Part shown: positions 52,015 to 61,393 of the stretch, in pieces
Layout: every line of letters starts with the position of its first letter
How positions within the stretch are numbered: position 1 is the first letter of the stretch
Origin: Spirochaetota bacterium
GTDB taxonomy: Bacteria > Spirochaetota > UBA4802 > UBA5550
DNA length: 64,000 bases
Reading direction: 5' to 3'
Assembly: GCA_963664815.2 (NCBI GenBank)
Contig: CAXXHB010000003.1
Location: forward strand, 3,296,001-3,360,000
Made by a program: the position numbers and the translations under genes
The notes under the pieces: model-generated
Databases searched by the model: none
The model's input: only the letters and a program-made list of their open reading frames with translations
What the model was told of the DNA's origin: nothing

Positions 52015-52905
52015 CTAAAGCCAGTCATTTAGGCTCAGCCCTATTCCGATGCTATCAGTTTTATGATTGTATTCGATAAGACTCTGTCCATAACCATGGA
52101 AATATTGCACATATAAACTATAATTGCTGAATAATTTATAACTCCAGGTTAAGCCTGAAGATTCCCTTTTAAAACAACTCTCTATAAAATTTTGTAATTG
52201 TAGAGATATAACATTGTTATTCAGCTTATATACAAGAATTATCTGGCCATATCCTGTATAATTATAAATATCTTTATTCAGACTTTCATCACTACGGAAT
52301 ACAGGCAACCATCCTGTGGTATGAATCATCCAGTTTTCACCGGAAAAGGTCATTCTTAAATATGCTCTGTTCCAGGCACGCTCGGTGTCTCCACCTTTGC
52401 CATTTGATTGATGTACAATCCCTAAAGAAGAACCGAATTCGGAGAAAAATTTGTGAAAAATAAATATTTCAGGTTCATAATCAACTTCACGGAAAAATGA
52501 TGAATTCTGATAAAGCTGCCAATACCCAAGCTGTGTATAAGCAAATAGTAACCCACTATTCGTGTCAAATATTCTCTCCCAAAATGGCATAATTAGACTG
52601 AGTTGAAATTTGAAATCTGTATGAGAAAGTTTCTGATTATCTGGAGTATTATTCCTGTATACATCATCATAAGTATGTAAAGAATAATATGCAGGAATAA
52701 AATAATTTGGTTTGTAAAGCCCAATACCAAAAGGGTTTTTCATTGAATCTCTCATCTGATGATGCCTTTTTTCATGCGCATTTGTATATCTATCTTCTGA
52801 ATCCTCTTTCAGAATTTCAGCATCGTCGGTTTCTGGAAATACCGGAGAGTTCATTATAACAGTGCAGAGTAAAAATAATAATGTTATTTTATTTTTCAAA
52901 ATCAT
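52015..52905 (-). CDS. pldA: Outer membrane phospholipase A (OMPLA), second paralog
   Basis: YKPNYF, FKFQLSL, AYTQLGYWQ, FREVDYEPE, HQSNGKGG, RAWNR, GYGQSLIEYN. Confidence 0.9.
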   Translation of the reverse strand: MILKNKITLLFLLCTVIMNSPVFPETDDAEILKEDSEDRYTNAHEKRHHQMRDSMKNPFGIGLYKPNYFIPAYYSLHTYDDVYRNNTPDNQKLSHTDFKFQLSLIMPFWERIFDTNSGLLFAYTQLGYWQLYQNSSFFREVDYEPEIFIFHKFFSEFGSSLGIVHQSNGKGGDTERAWNRAYLRMTFSGENWMIHTTGWLPVFRSDESLNKDIYNYTGYGQIILVYKLNNNVISLQLQNFIESCFKRESSGLTWSYKLFSNYSLYVQYFHGYGQSLIEYNHKTDSIGIGLSLNDWL

Positions 52906-52908
52906 TAC

Positions 52909-53199
52909 TCATTTATAACTAAATTTTTCTGATCTATTATGATAAATTGCTGTATCAGGATAATTCCATGATATTGCTCCATTCGGACATTTTTCAATGC
53001 AGTCACCACATGAATCACATAAACTGTAATTAAACATAATATATTCAGGATGACAGGGTACGACAAGGGAAATACAATATTTTATACATTTTGCACAGCA
53101 GATGTTTGAGATAATGGAAATCGTTTTTGTATGGCATATCTCAACGCAGGTATTACATTTCGAACATTTCAACTGGTCAGCAACTGGTACTTTTTTCAT
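52909..53199 (-). CDS. Cys-rich 4Fe-4S dicluster ferredoxin-like protein
   Basis: CSKCNTCVEICH and CDSCGDCIEKCP plus an extra CCAKCIKYC segment; start 53199 or 53223. Confidence 0.8.
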   Translation of the reverse strand: MKKVPVADQLKCSKCNTCVEICHTKTISIISNICCAKCIKYCISLVVPCHPEYIMFNYSLCDSCGDCIEKCPNGAISWNYPDTAIYHNRSEKFSYK

Positions 53200-53251
53200 A
53201 AATCTACCCCGGATTATGAGCATTTAAACAAGCCTGTTTTAAAATGACTAT

Positions 53252-53542
53252 TTACTGAGTCTGAATATTTTTAACTGTTACTACGGGTTTTCCATTCCCA
53301 TTTCTTTCAAGAATACACTCCGCATCGATGATCCCTGCCAGCCGTTCATCTGATGCCCGGAGTGTATTAAAGTCTGTATTTTCAAGAAATTCCTTCAATA
53401 ATTCAAGCTGTTCCGCTAAAACCGGAAGTATATCATTATCGGCAGAATCCAGAATTATCCGGGTAATCCGCCGGAACTCATCTTTCGCTGCACTCTGAAT
53501 ACAATGGCCGCCTGTTGTAAGCAGAACTGAAGTTTTCCCCAT
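53252..53542 (-). CDS. Conserved hypothetical protein in the orp-like cluster
   Basis: 96 aa ORF, co-directional and closely spaced; HCIQSAAK...LELLKEFLENTDFNTLRA. Confidence 0.65.
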   Translation of the reverse strand: MGKTSVLLTTGGHCIQSAAKDEFRRITRIILDSADNDILPVLAEQLELLKEFLENTDFNTLRASDERLAGIIDAECILERNGNGKPVVTVKNIQTQ

Positions 53543-53561
53543 TTATATCGATGACCCTTTG

Positions 53562-53921
53562 CTATTCATGGCATCCATGTTCATGTTGTGTACATGAAAT
53601 TCCTGAATCTATTAATGCTCCGCTCAGCCAGTTCTCCGCCACCATTCTTACTTCACCGGAACATCCCCTTAATACATCTATTCCATTGCTGCCAAGAACG
53701 TTAACAGCTCCTTCTCCCATATTCCCGGCAAGAATCATCCTGACACCCATTTGTGACAGTGTCTGGGCTATGTTTGATTTGCATCCGCACCCTGCCGGTG
53801 ATAGAACAATCTCATCAGAAATTATCTGTTTATTTTCATTAACAGTAAAGACAGTAAATGCCTCACAGTGACCAAAATGGTCATCTACCTTACTTCCTGC
53901 TGTTGGTATCGCTATTTTCAT
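53562..53921 (-). CDS. NifB/NifX family (FeMo-cofactor-binding-like) protein
   Basis: MKIAIP...VDDHFGHC, AGNMGEGA, C-terminal CTQHEHGCHE. Confidence 0.9.
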   Translation of the reverse strand: MKIAIPTAGSKVDDHFGHCEAFTVFTVNENKQIISDEIVLSPAGCGCKSNIAQTLSQMGVRMILAGNMGEGAVNVLGSNGIDVLRGCSGEVRMVAENWLSGALIDSGISCTQHEHGCHE

Positions 53922-54784
53922 ACTTTATCTCCTTTTATTATTAATTCCACTATTTCGCTGAATTTCCCGACTGCTATCGCCTTACTATCCGGCATCATCG
54001 TTGAAAACGGATTTCCGCTGTCTCCGCTGTGGACTATATGAGTTTCAATTGGAATTTTTCCCAGGAATTTTACACCCATATCCTCAGCCATAGCCGCTCC
54101 ACCTCCTGACTTGAATATATCTGTAGCCTCACCGCAATGGGGACATACAAAGGTACTCATATTCTCAATTACACCGATTACATTCATTTTAAGCTGATGA
54201 CAGAATGTAACTGATTTTCTCACATCGGCAAGGGCCACATCCTGAGGTGTAGTGACAATAACTGCACCATCAGGGTTTTCAATCAGCTGACAGACAGACA
54301 GAGGCTCATCACCTGTCCCGGGAGGTGAATCGACTATAAGATAATCAAGATCACCCCAGACTACATCTGAAAGAAACTGCTTAATAATTCCGTATTTCAG
54401 AGGGCCTCGCCAGACAACGGCCTGATCTGCATCCTCCATCAAAAATCCCACAGACATAACTATAAGATTATCACTGTATTTCACCGGATAAATTGTTTTA
54501 TCTCCCCCTCCGAGAGCCATTACACCTTCAAGCCCCAGGAGTTTAGGGACACTCGGCCCATGAATATCAACATCAAGAAGACCTACTTTCTGACCTTTTG
54601 CGGCAAGAGATACCGCAAGATTTACCGCAACTGTGCTTTTCCCCACACCCCCTTTCCCTGAAAGGACAACTATCTTATGTTTGATTTTATTCATATTGTT
54701 TTTTAAGATCTGATCGCTCTGATCCCCGCCGGGATCACTGCCGTGCGAGCAGGCTGATGGTTTACTGCCGTTTTTGTCATTCAT
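53918..54784 (-). CDS. Mrp/NBP35 (ApbC) Fe-S cluster carrier ATPase
   Basis: LSGKGGVGKST, DVDIHGPSVP, WRGP, DSPPGTGDEP, ENMSTFVCPHC. Confidence 0.93.
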   Translation of the reverse strand: MNDKNGSKPSACSHGSDPGGDQSDQILKNNMNKIKHKIVVLSGKGGVGKSTVAVNLAVSLAAKGQKVGLLDVDIHGPSVPKLLGLEGVMALGGGDKTIYPVKYSDNLIVMSVGFLMEDADQAVVWRGPLKYGIIKQFLSDVVWGDLDYLIVDSPPGTGDEPLSVCQLIENPDGAVIVTTPQDVALADVRKSVTFCHQLKMNVIGVIENMSTFVCPHCGEATDIFKSGGGAAMAEDMGVKFLGKIPIETHIVHSGDSGNPFSTMMPDSKAIAVGKFSEIVELIIKGDKV

Positions 54785-54792
54785 ACTCTGTT

Positions 54793-55668
54793 TTAAACTC
54801 CTTCTGTTAAAATTTCTTTCTCAATTTTATACCACATATCTTTAATAGCCTCCGATGCCGGACCGCTTGAATATCCGACTATACTCTTTCCTGAAATCTG
54901 GGCTTTGGTTACGTCATCATCGTATGGGATCTCTCCAAATAGATGGACACCTTTCTCACGGCAGAACTCTGCAATTTCATCCGACTTTTCGTAGTTAATG
55001 TCATACCTGTTTATGCATACAGCAGACTTCACTTTAAAATGCTCAATCAGGGCATATACTCTCTTAAGATCATGAATACCCGAAACTGTTGGTTCTGTGA
55101 CAATAAGCACAAATGAACAACCCGTTACGGTTGCTATTACCGGGCACCCTGTTCCGGGTGAACCATCGACAATTATAAGATCATATTTATTTTCCAGAGC
55201 AATCTCTCTGGCTCTCTTCCTGAGAATTGTAACAAGTTTTCCGGAATTACTCTCGGCAATACCGAGTCTCGCGTGAACCATGGGACCAAACCTTGTTTGA
55301 GATTCAAACCACCTGCCAGACTGGTGAGGTTTCATCTCAATAGCATCAACAGGGCAGAAAGCGGCACATACACCGCACCCTTCACATGAAAGCGTATCCA
55401 CAACCAGAGATTTGCCAATAGCGTCAAAACGGCAAAGCACCGCGCACTTACCACATATAGTGCAGGCTTTGCGGTTTATAAAAGCCTTGCTCCCACCGGT
55501 AAACATCTCTTCCTTAATTACCTCTGGTTTAATAATAAGATGGAGATCCGCAGCATCAACATCACAGTCAGCCATAACTTTATTCTCGGCAAGTGAAGCA
55601 AACGAAGCTGCAACACTTGTTTTACCGGTCCCCCCCTTCCCGCTTAGAATTACCAGTTCCTTAATCAT
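54793..55668 (-). CDS. MinD-superfamily P-loop ATPase with inserted 2x4Fe-4S ferredoxin (COG1149)
   Basis: SGKGGTGKT, DCDVDAADL, CTICGKCAVLC, CEGCGVCAAFCP, SGKLV, DGSPGTGCPV, TEPT. Confidence 0.9.
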   Translation of the reverse strand: MIKELVILSGKGGTGKTSVAASFASLAENKVMADCDVDAADLHLIIKPEVIKEEMFTGGSKAFINRKACTICGKCAVLCRFDAIGKSLVVDTLSCEGCGVCAAFCPVDAIEMKPHQSGRWFESQTRFGPMVHARLGIAESNSGKLVTILRKRAREIALENKYDLIIVDGSPGTGCPVIATVTGCSFVLIVTEPTVSGIHDLKRVYALIEHFKVKSAVCINRYDINYEKSDEIAEFCREKGVHLFGEIPYDDDVTKAQISGKSIVGYSSGPASEAIKDMWYKIEKEILTEGV

Positions 55669-56522
55669 ATTGTACCGCCATTAACCTCTCTGCTGATATG
55701 CTCTGCGATCTTTTCCAGTTCACTGCTGAAGTGCTCTTTAATATACGAAACAGAATCCCCCCGTGAATATCGTACTGCTATCTCCCTTGTATCTGGTATA
55801 GATGCAAACAGCAGTATAGATTCATTCTTGCAGAATTCACTTAACCGGTAATTTCCCTGCGAAGCCCTGTTTTCAACCACGCCGAAAGGTATCTGCATTG
55901 CACGGGCCATCTCAGCCGCAAGTTTAAGGTCATTCAATCCGAATGGTGTCGGTTCAGAAACAAGAACAAGAAAATCACAGTCTCTTGCAGATTCTATTAC
56001 CGGACAGGATGTACCGGGTGGGGAATCCATAATGCGTATCTCCGCTTCAGGGTAATATTTTTTAACATCCTTGATCAGCGGCGGTGACATAGCCTCCCCG
56101 ATATTAAGCCTCCCTCCGGCATATTTAACACCATTAATCTCACCCAGTTCAATAATACCTGTTGTCCTTTTAACTTCACTTATTGCTTTTTCCGGGCATA
56201 CTAGAAAGCATCCTCCGCATGAGTGGCACATCTCCTTTAAAACAAGGGGCTTCCCTTTAATCAGCACTATGGCACTGTACCGGCATATTTCACCGCATTT
56301 CCCGCATCCTGTACAAAGCTCCTTATCGACAGAGGGTATTAGAACAGTTGTCTGCACCTCTTCACCTACGGGAGCCTGTAAAAAGAGATTAACATTAGGT
56401 TCCTCAACATCGCAGTCCAGCAGTGCAATAGAAATATTTTTATCCGCATAATATGAGGCAAGTGTCATGGAAATTGTTGTCTTCCCTGTTCCACCCTTAC
56501 CGCTTGCAATCGCTATGTCCAT
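55665..56522 (-). CDS. MinD-superfamily P-loop ATPase with inserted 2x4Fe-4S ferredoxin (COG1149), paralog
   Basis: ASGKGGTGKTT, DCDVEEPN, CTGCGKCGEIC, CHSCGGCFLVCP, DSPPGTSCPV, EPTPFGLNDL. Confidence 0.9.
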   Translation of the reverse strand: MDIAIASGKGGTGKTTISMTLASYYADKNISIALLDCDVEEPNVNLFLQAPVGEEVQTTVLIPSVDKELCTGCGKCGEICRYSAIVLIKGKPLVLKEMCHSCGGCFLVCPEKAISEVKRTTGIIELGEINGVKYAGGRLNIGEAMSPPLIKDVKKYYPEAEIRIMDSPPGTSCPVIESARDCDFLVLVSEPTPFGLNDLKLAAEMARAMQIPFGVVENRASQGNYRLSEFCKNESILLFASIPDTREIAVRYSRGDSVSYIKEHFSSELEKIAEHISREVNGGTI

Positions 56523-57666
56523 CTATCAGCTCCCCTACTACCCCTATATCATACATCGCCTTGCAGACCATGCATCCCCTGTACGCAACGGAAACCTTTG
56601 ATGAAGGGCTGTATAGCTCCTCAAGTTTTTTCAATGTTTCAGGACATAGATCCTTTTTATGCTCATCCACTGCTGTCAGTATCCCGCTTGTACGGATGCA
56701 GTTAAGCAGACCCGCATTATCCAGAAAATCAGGTATGGTCCCCTCTCTCATCTCTCCAATACCGCAGAGATCAAACCTTGCATCCTCTTTAAACGGCAGG
56801 CAGTAGTGCCATTTATCATCAATAAACGGGCTCATTCCGCAATGGGTGTGCAGCGATAATCTGTCAATAATCGCGGCGTTCGGCATTCTGTCGAATTCCT
56901 TCCCCGAAACTTTAAGTTTTTTCATTACATCCTTTTTGTAATACGGGTAAAATGATCCAAGCGCGTCTTTGTTGTTGCCAGACAGGGAGAGTGACGGGGA
57001 CATATCTTTCATGTCAGAGGCGTCACCAAGCGGCGCAAGCGGCGTTACTCTCTGAAATACGCCGGGATATATTTTACTGAGTCTTTTGTCTGTATCATCA
57101 TCAACTGAAAGCGTAACAAGTATCACAGGGAGTATCTTCATCCCCGGTTCCTGACTAAGGCGGATCAGATTATCCATTGCTATATATCCCGACTCACTTA
57201 AATTCTCCTGGTATTCAGCGATGCTGATCCCCACTATCATTTTCTTCTCTATCTGTGAGGACAGTCTTTTGAAAAAATCCCTGGCAAAATCCATGTTTTC
57301 AAACACCTTTCCATTGCTCGGCATAGAAATTGTTTTAATCAGGTTCATTTCGAAGAGTGATGCGAGTATATCGACAATGTCTTTACCCTGGCTTTTCCAT
57401 ATTGTAGGCTCACCCCCTGTGACAAACTGATATTCAAGGCTGTAAGATTCCGCGAGATTCCTTAGATCCACCAGGTATTTTTCGAAAACATCATACTCAA
57501 CTTTCGCTACACTTGAATTGGCCGAACGGAGACAGGCCTTGCACTGTTTATTGCATCCATTTGTCATCTGAATTGCAGGGTAAAGATTATGTGGTATAAT
57601 CACTCTCCCCGCCTGTGAGGCTTTCCATTTTTTCATCTGTATATAATTCTGAAAACCTGCCAACAT
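56497..57666 (-). CDS. Radical SAM protein of unknown function
   Basis: CNKQCKAC (CxxxCxxC), TGGEPT, SNG; C-terminal Cys residues (HCG..YC..GCMVC) suggest a SPASM/twitch-like extra cluster; GAGGAGG RBS. Confidence 0.85.
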   Translation of the reverse strand: MLAGFQNYIQMKKWKASQAGRVIIPHNLYPAIQMTNGCNKQCKACLRSANSSVAKVEYDVFEKYLVDLRNLAESYSLEYQFVTGGEPTIWKSQGKDIVDILASLFEMNLIKTISMPSNGKVFENMDFARDFFKRLSSQIEKKMIVGISIAEYQENLSESGYIAMDNLIRLSQEPGMKILPVILVTLSVDDDTDKRLSKIYPGVFQRVTPLAPLGDASDMKDMSPSLSLSGNNKDALGSFYPYYKKDVMKKLKVSGKEFDRMPNAAIIDRLSLHTHCGMSPFIDDKWHYCLPFKEDARFDLCGIGEMREGTIPDFLDNAGLLNCIRTSGILTAVDEHKKDLCPETLKKLEELYSPSSKVSVAYRGCMVCKAMYDIGVVGELIDGHSDCKR

Positions 57667-57781
57667 TATTTTTTAATCCTCCTCTTTGTGTTCTATATGT
57701 TTACTAAATGCCATCAACCGCTCGACGCTATCGCGCGATCACCCTCGCCCGGGCAAAGCCGTGGAGAAAGCATTTCATTTG

Positions 57782-58621
57782 TTAAAAATCAAAAACCCTC
57801 CCTACTGAAGCGTTAACAAATTTATACCCGAACTCCGAAGCAAACCGGCAGGCTATCTTAAAGCCGGTGCAGTGTGAAACGGCAATTTTATCGACGTCAT
57901 ATCTTTTTACAGCATCAATGGCCTTCAAGACGTACTCTTCCGGTGCGCTGTCAAGATGAGTGCCGCCGATTACCGCATGAAATTTTTTAACTCCCGTACT
58001 CTCAGAAAACTGATCAAGTATCTCAACCATACCTGCATGAGCACATCCAAGAAGCACAACAGGTCCGGAAGCAGTTTCAAGAAGGAGCGACAGATCATCG
58101 ATGAACAGATCATCATTCACTCCTGTCTCAGATCTTACTTTCAGCATTTTATCCCAGGGCTTCCAGCAAGATTCATGTTTAACACCGCTGAGAGATGTAA
58201 TTGAATCGATAATTCTGCATTTGCCTTCTATTACTTCAAAAAATTCTGCACCGTTCTCTTCATAGACTTCTCTTGTCTGTTTCATCCCTATCGGGACAGT
58301 TGCACCCGATGGCAGAAGAGCTACTTTTTCATTAAATGCCGCACCGTTAAGATAAACAGGAAGAGTCCTGCCATGTTCTTTCAGAACCGGCAGTAATCCC
58401 CCGGTATGATCGTAGTGTCCGTGACTTAAAATCACCCTTCTTATTGCCGGAATATTTTTACCCAGAGTTTTAAGATTATGTACAACTCCCAGTCCCTGCC
58501 CCGTGTCAAAAAGAGTTATATCCTCACCATCCTCAATGAGAAAAGATAATCCATGTTCTGCTATCAGAGGGAATGGTACCTGTACGCTGTTTTCACATAT
58601 AACCGTTACTTTTTTTATCAT
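57782..58621 (-). CDS. Metallo-beta-lactamase fold hydrolase (COG1237)
   Basis: AEHGLSFLIE, LFDTGQG, LSHGHYDHTGG, GCAHAG, IGGTHL, SHCTG. Confidence 0.9.
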   Translation of the reverse strand: MIKKVTVICENSVQVPFPLIAEHGLSFLIEDGEDITLFDTGQGLGVVHNLKTLGKNIPAIRRVILSHGHYDHTGGLLPVLKEHGRTLPVYLNGAAFNEKVALLPSGATVPIGMKQTREVYEENGAEFFEVIEGKCRIIDSITSLSGVKHESCWKPWDKMLKVRSETGVNDDLFIDDLSLLLETASGPVVLLGCAHAGMVEILDQFSESTGVKKFHAVIGGTHLDSAPEEYVLKAIDAVKRYDVDKIAVSHCTGFKIACRFASEFGYKFVNASVGRVFDF

Positions 58622-58735
58622 TGTCTTCCTCTTAAATTTAAACTCAAAATTTCGGCCGGGTACCCCATTCCATTTTCTGACATGAAATACCCGACCAGGA
58701 GTTTTATGGGATAGAAAGAAAGCTTGATAATTTTG

Positions 58736-59095
58736 TTACCAGTGCCCCTCAACATTTGCAGTTGATGTAAGTTCCAGTTCACCTTTACTGTATTTATCAA
58801 GGGCTGTACCGACAGTTCCATCCTTAAACAGGTAAATTTTTACACCGGCGGCATTGAGCGTTGCAAATGCCTTCGGGCCGACATTCCCTGTAATTACCGC
58901 ATCCGCCCCCGCGTCAATTACAGTTTTTGCAGACTGAATACCCGCTCCCTGTGCCGCTTCGAGATTCTGTTTATTGTCAACATATACCGATTCATTTGAA
59001 TCCATGTCATAGATCAGAAAACCTTTCGCCCGCCCGAATCTCTGGTCAACTATTGCCGCAAGGTCCTTTTTATCTGTTGATACTGCTATTTTCAT
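58736..59095 (-). CDS. NifB/NifX family protein, orange protein (ORP)-like
   Basis: MKIAVS...VDQRFGRA, QGAGIQSA, ITGNVGPKAF, C-terminal ANVEGHW. Confidence 0.88.
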   Translation of the reverse strand: MKIAVSTDKKDLAAIVDQRFGRAKGFLIYDMDSNESVYVDNKQNLEAAQGAGIQSAKTVIDAGADAVITGNVGPKAFATLNAAGVKIYLFKDGTVGTALDKYSKGELELTSTANVEGHW

Positions 59096-59517
59096 ATAGC
59101 CTCCTTTTTATCATTTTCTGAGGTTTCCTTACCGCATACTGCACCTGAAATGAGTTTTCTTTTTCTCATCATCCCACCGCAGCTCCCTTTTTCGGGAAGA
59201 ACAGATTGCAGAGTATTGTTAAGGTACGATTTAATTACCTCGTCAACCGGGCCGCTGATCCATGGAATATGCTTTATACCTGTTTCGCTGATAATGTAGG
59301 ATAGATACCTGCTCACCGCACCGCTGATAATTACAGCGACACCTATCTCTTTCAGTTTCTGAATCCTCATTCTATCAGAATCTGCATTCAGATTGATCAC
59401 AATTCTCTGTGTGACCGCATTACCCTTAACCTCAAAGAGTACAAACCTCTCCGATACATCAAGCAGAGGGGATATACGTTCTTCAAATACCGGTATTGCA
59501 ATAAGTTTACTTTTCAT
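59092..59517 (-). CDS. NifB/NifX family protein
   Basis: IAIPVFEERISPLLD, IISGAVS, IPWISGPVDEVI, C-terminal CGG. Confidence 0.85.
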   Translation of the reverse strand: MKSKLIAIPVFEERISPLLDVSERFVLFEVKGNAVTQRIVINLNADSDRMRIQKLKEIGVAVIISGAVSRYLSYIISETGIKHIPWISGPVDEVIKSYLNNTLQSVLPEKGSCGGMMRKRKLISGAVCGKETSENDKKEAI

Positions 59518-59530
59518 ACAATACTAATAA

Positions 59531-59545
59531 GCACATTCCGTGCCA
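59531..59545 (-). promoter_or_regulatory. Sigma54 -24/-12 promoter of the orp-like operon
   Basis: Minus strand TGGCACGGAATGTGC, GG-N10-GC, near consensus. Confidence 0.8.
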
Positions 59546-59694
59546 TAAACAGGGATTACTTCCGGGATGATACGTTAATCATGTTTTGTATGAAAAATAT
59601 GCACTGTTCTGTTATTCTACCGGTTTTTTAGATCAATCAGGAAGTTTGAAATATTGAAGAAGATAACGAGATGAGATAACCTGACAGCATATCA

Positions 59695-60048
59695 TTGCAT
59701 AGTGCAACATGTTGCGTGATTATTTAAATCCTTTAAAAAATAAATGATGAAATAACAAAACACTGGAATACCGGTGTACATGCTATCGCATATTATTTGA
59801 GAGAAAACAGGGGTTTAAGAATAAATATTTTCAACTGCTTTTCCGTATCATCCGTAAACACGCTTCCGGTTGAATATATCTCTGCGTTTCTGACAAAGGT
59901 GTTCAATCTCCCTTAAACAATTGCTCATCTCTGCGAAGTGTTCAGATATATGCATGTCTGTCTCCAGACAGGTATGTTTTAATAATTTTGGAGTGGAATT
60001 TCATTGCATTCTGCAATTGGAATAATAGTAAAAGATTGCATAATGCAA
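59695..60048. promoter_or_regulatory. Three TTGCA-N3-TGCAA palindromes (putative enhancer sites for the adjacent bEBP)
   Basis: 59695-59707, 60004-60016 and 60036-60048. Confidence 0.65.
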
Positions 60049-60082
60049 TCTTTTACATGTCCAACGGGCGGCACAGCACGGT

Positions 60083-61393
60083 CTATTCTATATTAAGCTT
60101 TTTTATTTTTCTCCACAGAGTTGATGAATCTATACCAAGCTCTTCCGATGCCTTTGATTTACTTCCGCTGTTTTTTTCAAGTGCCCTGATAATATAAACT
60201 CTCTCCATTTCAGCAAGTGTGAGGTTTTCACTGAAAACTGTTTCAGAATGCCTCAGATGATTGGGGAGATTGTTTACCCCAATGTATGCCTCTCTGCACA
60301 GAACAAAAGTATGCTCAATAATATTCTCAAGCTCCCGGACATTCCCCGGATAGCTGTAATCCATAAGAATATTCATAACCTCATCGGTAACACCCTCAAT
60401 ATTTTTCCCTTTTATAATATTGAATTTTCTTATAAAATGATTAACAAGAAGCGGAATGTCCTCTCTCCTTGATGCAAGAGTAGGAAGGGTTATATTAATA
60501 ACGTTAATCCGGTAATAAAGATCCTCTCTGAACCTTCCGTTTTTCACTTCAGTCATAAGATGCTTGTTAGTAGCTGATATTATTCTTACATCAGACTTCA
60601 GAGGCGTTGTCCCGCCTAAAGGCTCATACTCCCTCCCCTGAATAAATCTCAGGAGTTTAGCCTGAATTGCAGGAGATACCTCACCAATCTCATCGAGGAA
60701 AAGAGTACCCCCCTCTGCAAGTGAAACCTTCCCTGGTTTATCCTTTCTTGCATCTGTAAATGCTCCAGCTTTATATCCAAATAGCTCTGATTCAAGGAGA
60801 TTGTCAGGTACTGCAGCACAATTTATTGTAACTACAGGTTTTTTACTCCGGTTACTCAGGTGATGAATTCCCCGTGCAACAAGCTCCTTTCCGGTACCGC
60901 TCGGCCCCTCTATAAGAACCGTACTGTCGCTGGTTGCTATATCCGGAAGTATCGTAAAAAGGTCTTTGAAATATTTACTTTTACTCACTATATCTTCTAT
61001 GGTATAATTTGATTCGATCTCTTTGCGGAGAACTTCCATATCGGACATGTCTCTGAAAGTTTCCACTCCCCCTATGATATTTCCATCTTTATCCTTTAGC
61101 AGAGCTGTACTGACGGTAATAGGAATTTTATCGCCAAGGGAATTTACCACATAGACAGTTTTATTTATAATGTTTCTTCCTGTTGCAAGAGTCTCTTTCA
61201 ATGCGCATGAGTGTTCACATATACTCGCGTGAAAAACCTCAAAGCAAAGTTTACCGGTGGCATCTCTTTCATCTATTTTCAGAATTTCAGCAGCTGCCCT
61301 GTTTATGGATGTTATTCTGAAATCCATATCGACAGTGAATACACCGTCAGCAATGCTGTTGAGAATAATATTTTTTTCTTCCTGTTCAATCAT
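60083..61393 (-). CDS. PAS-domain sigma54-dependent activator (OrpR-like)
   Basis: PAS with C-x8-C-x3-C (CFEVFHASICEHSC); GPSGTGKE, ESELFGYKAGAFTDA, FLDEIGE, REDLYYRI, YPGNVRELEN; Fis HTH. Confidence 0.9.
   Translation of the reverse strand: MIEQEEKNIILNSIADGVFTVDMDFRITSINRAAAEILKIDERDATGKLCFEVFHASICEHSCALKETLATGRNIINKTVYVVNSLGDKIPITVSTALLKDKDGNIIGGVETFRDMSDMEVLRKEIESNYTIEDIVSKSKYFKDLFTILPDIATSDSTVLIEGPSGTGKELVARGIHHLSNRSKKPVVTINCAAVPDNLLESELFGYKAGAFTDARKDKPGKVSLAEGGTLFLDEIGEVSPAIQAKLLRFIQGREYEPLGGTTPLKSDVRIISATNKHLMTEVKNGRFREDLYYRINVINITLPTLASRREDIPLLVNHFIRKFNIIKGKNIEGVTDEVMNILMDYSYPGNVRELENIIEHTFVLCREAYIGVNNLPNHLRHSETVFSENLTLAEMERVYIIRALEKNSGSKSKASEELGIDSSTLWRKIKKLNIE

Noticed and set aside
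58618-58821. 67-aa minus-strand ORF between NifX and MBL genes
   Set aside because: Overlaps the NifX gene out of frame and crosses a stem-loop; no recognisable features.
53562-59517. Nitrogen fixation cluster
   Set aside because: NifX-like domains only; no nifH, nifD, nifK, nifE or nifN. The context matches orp-type clusters.
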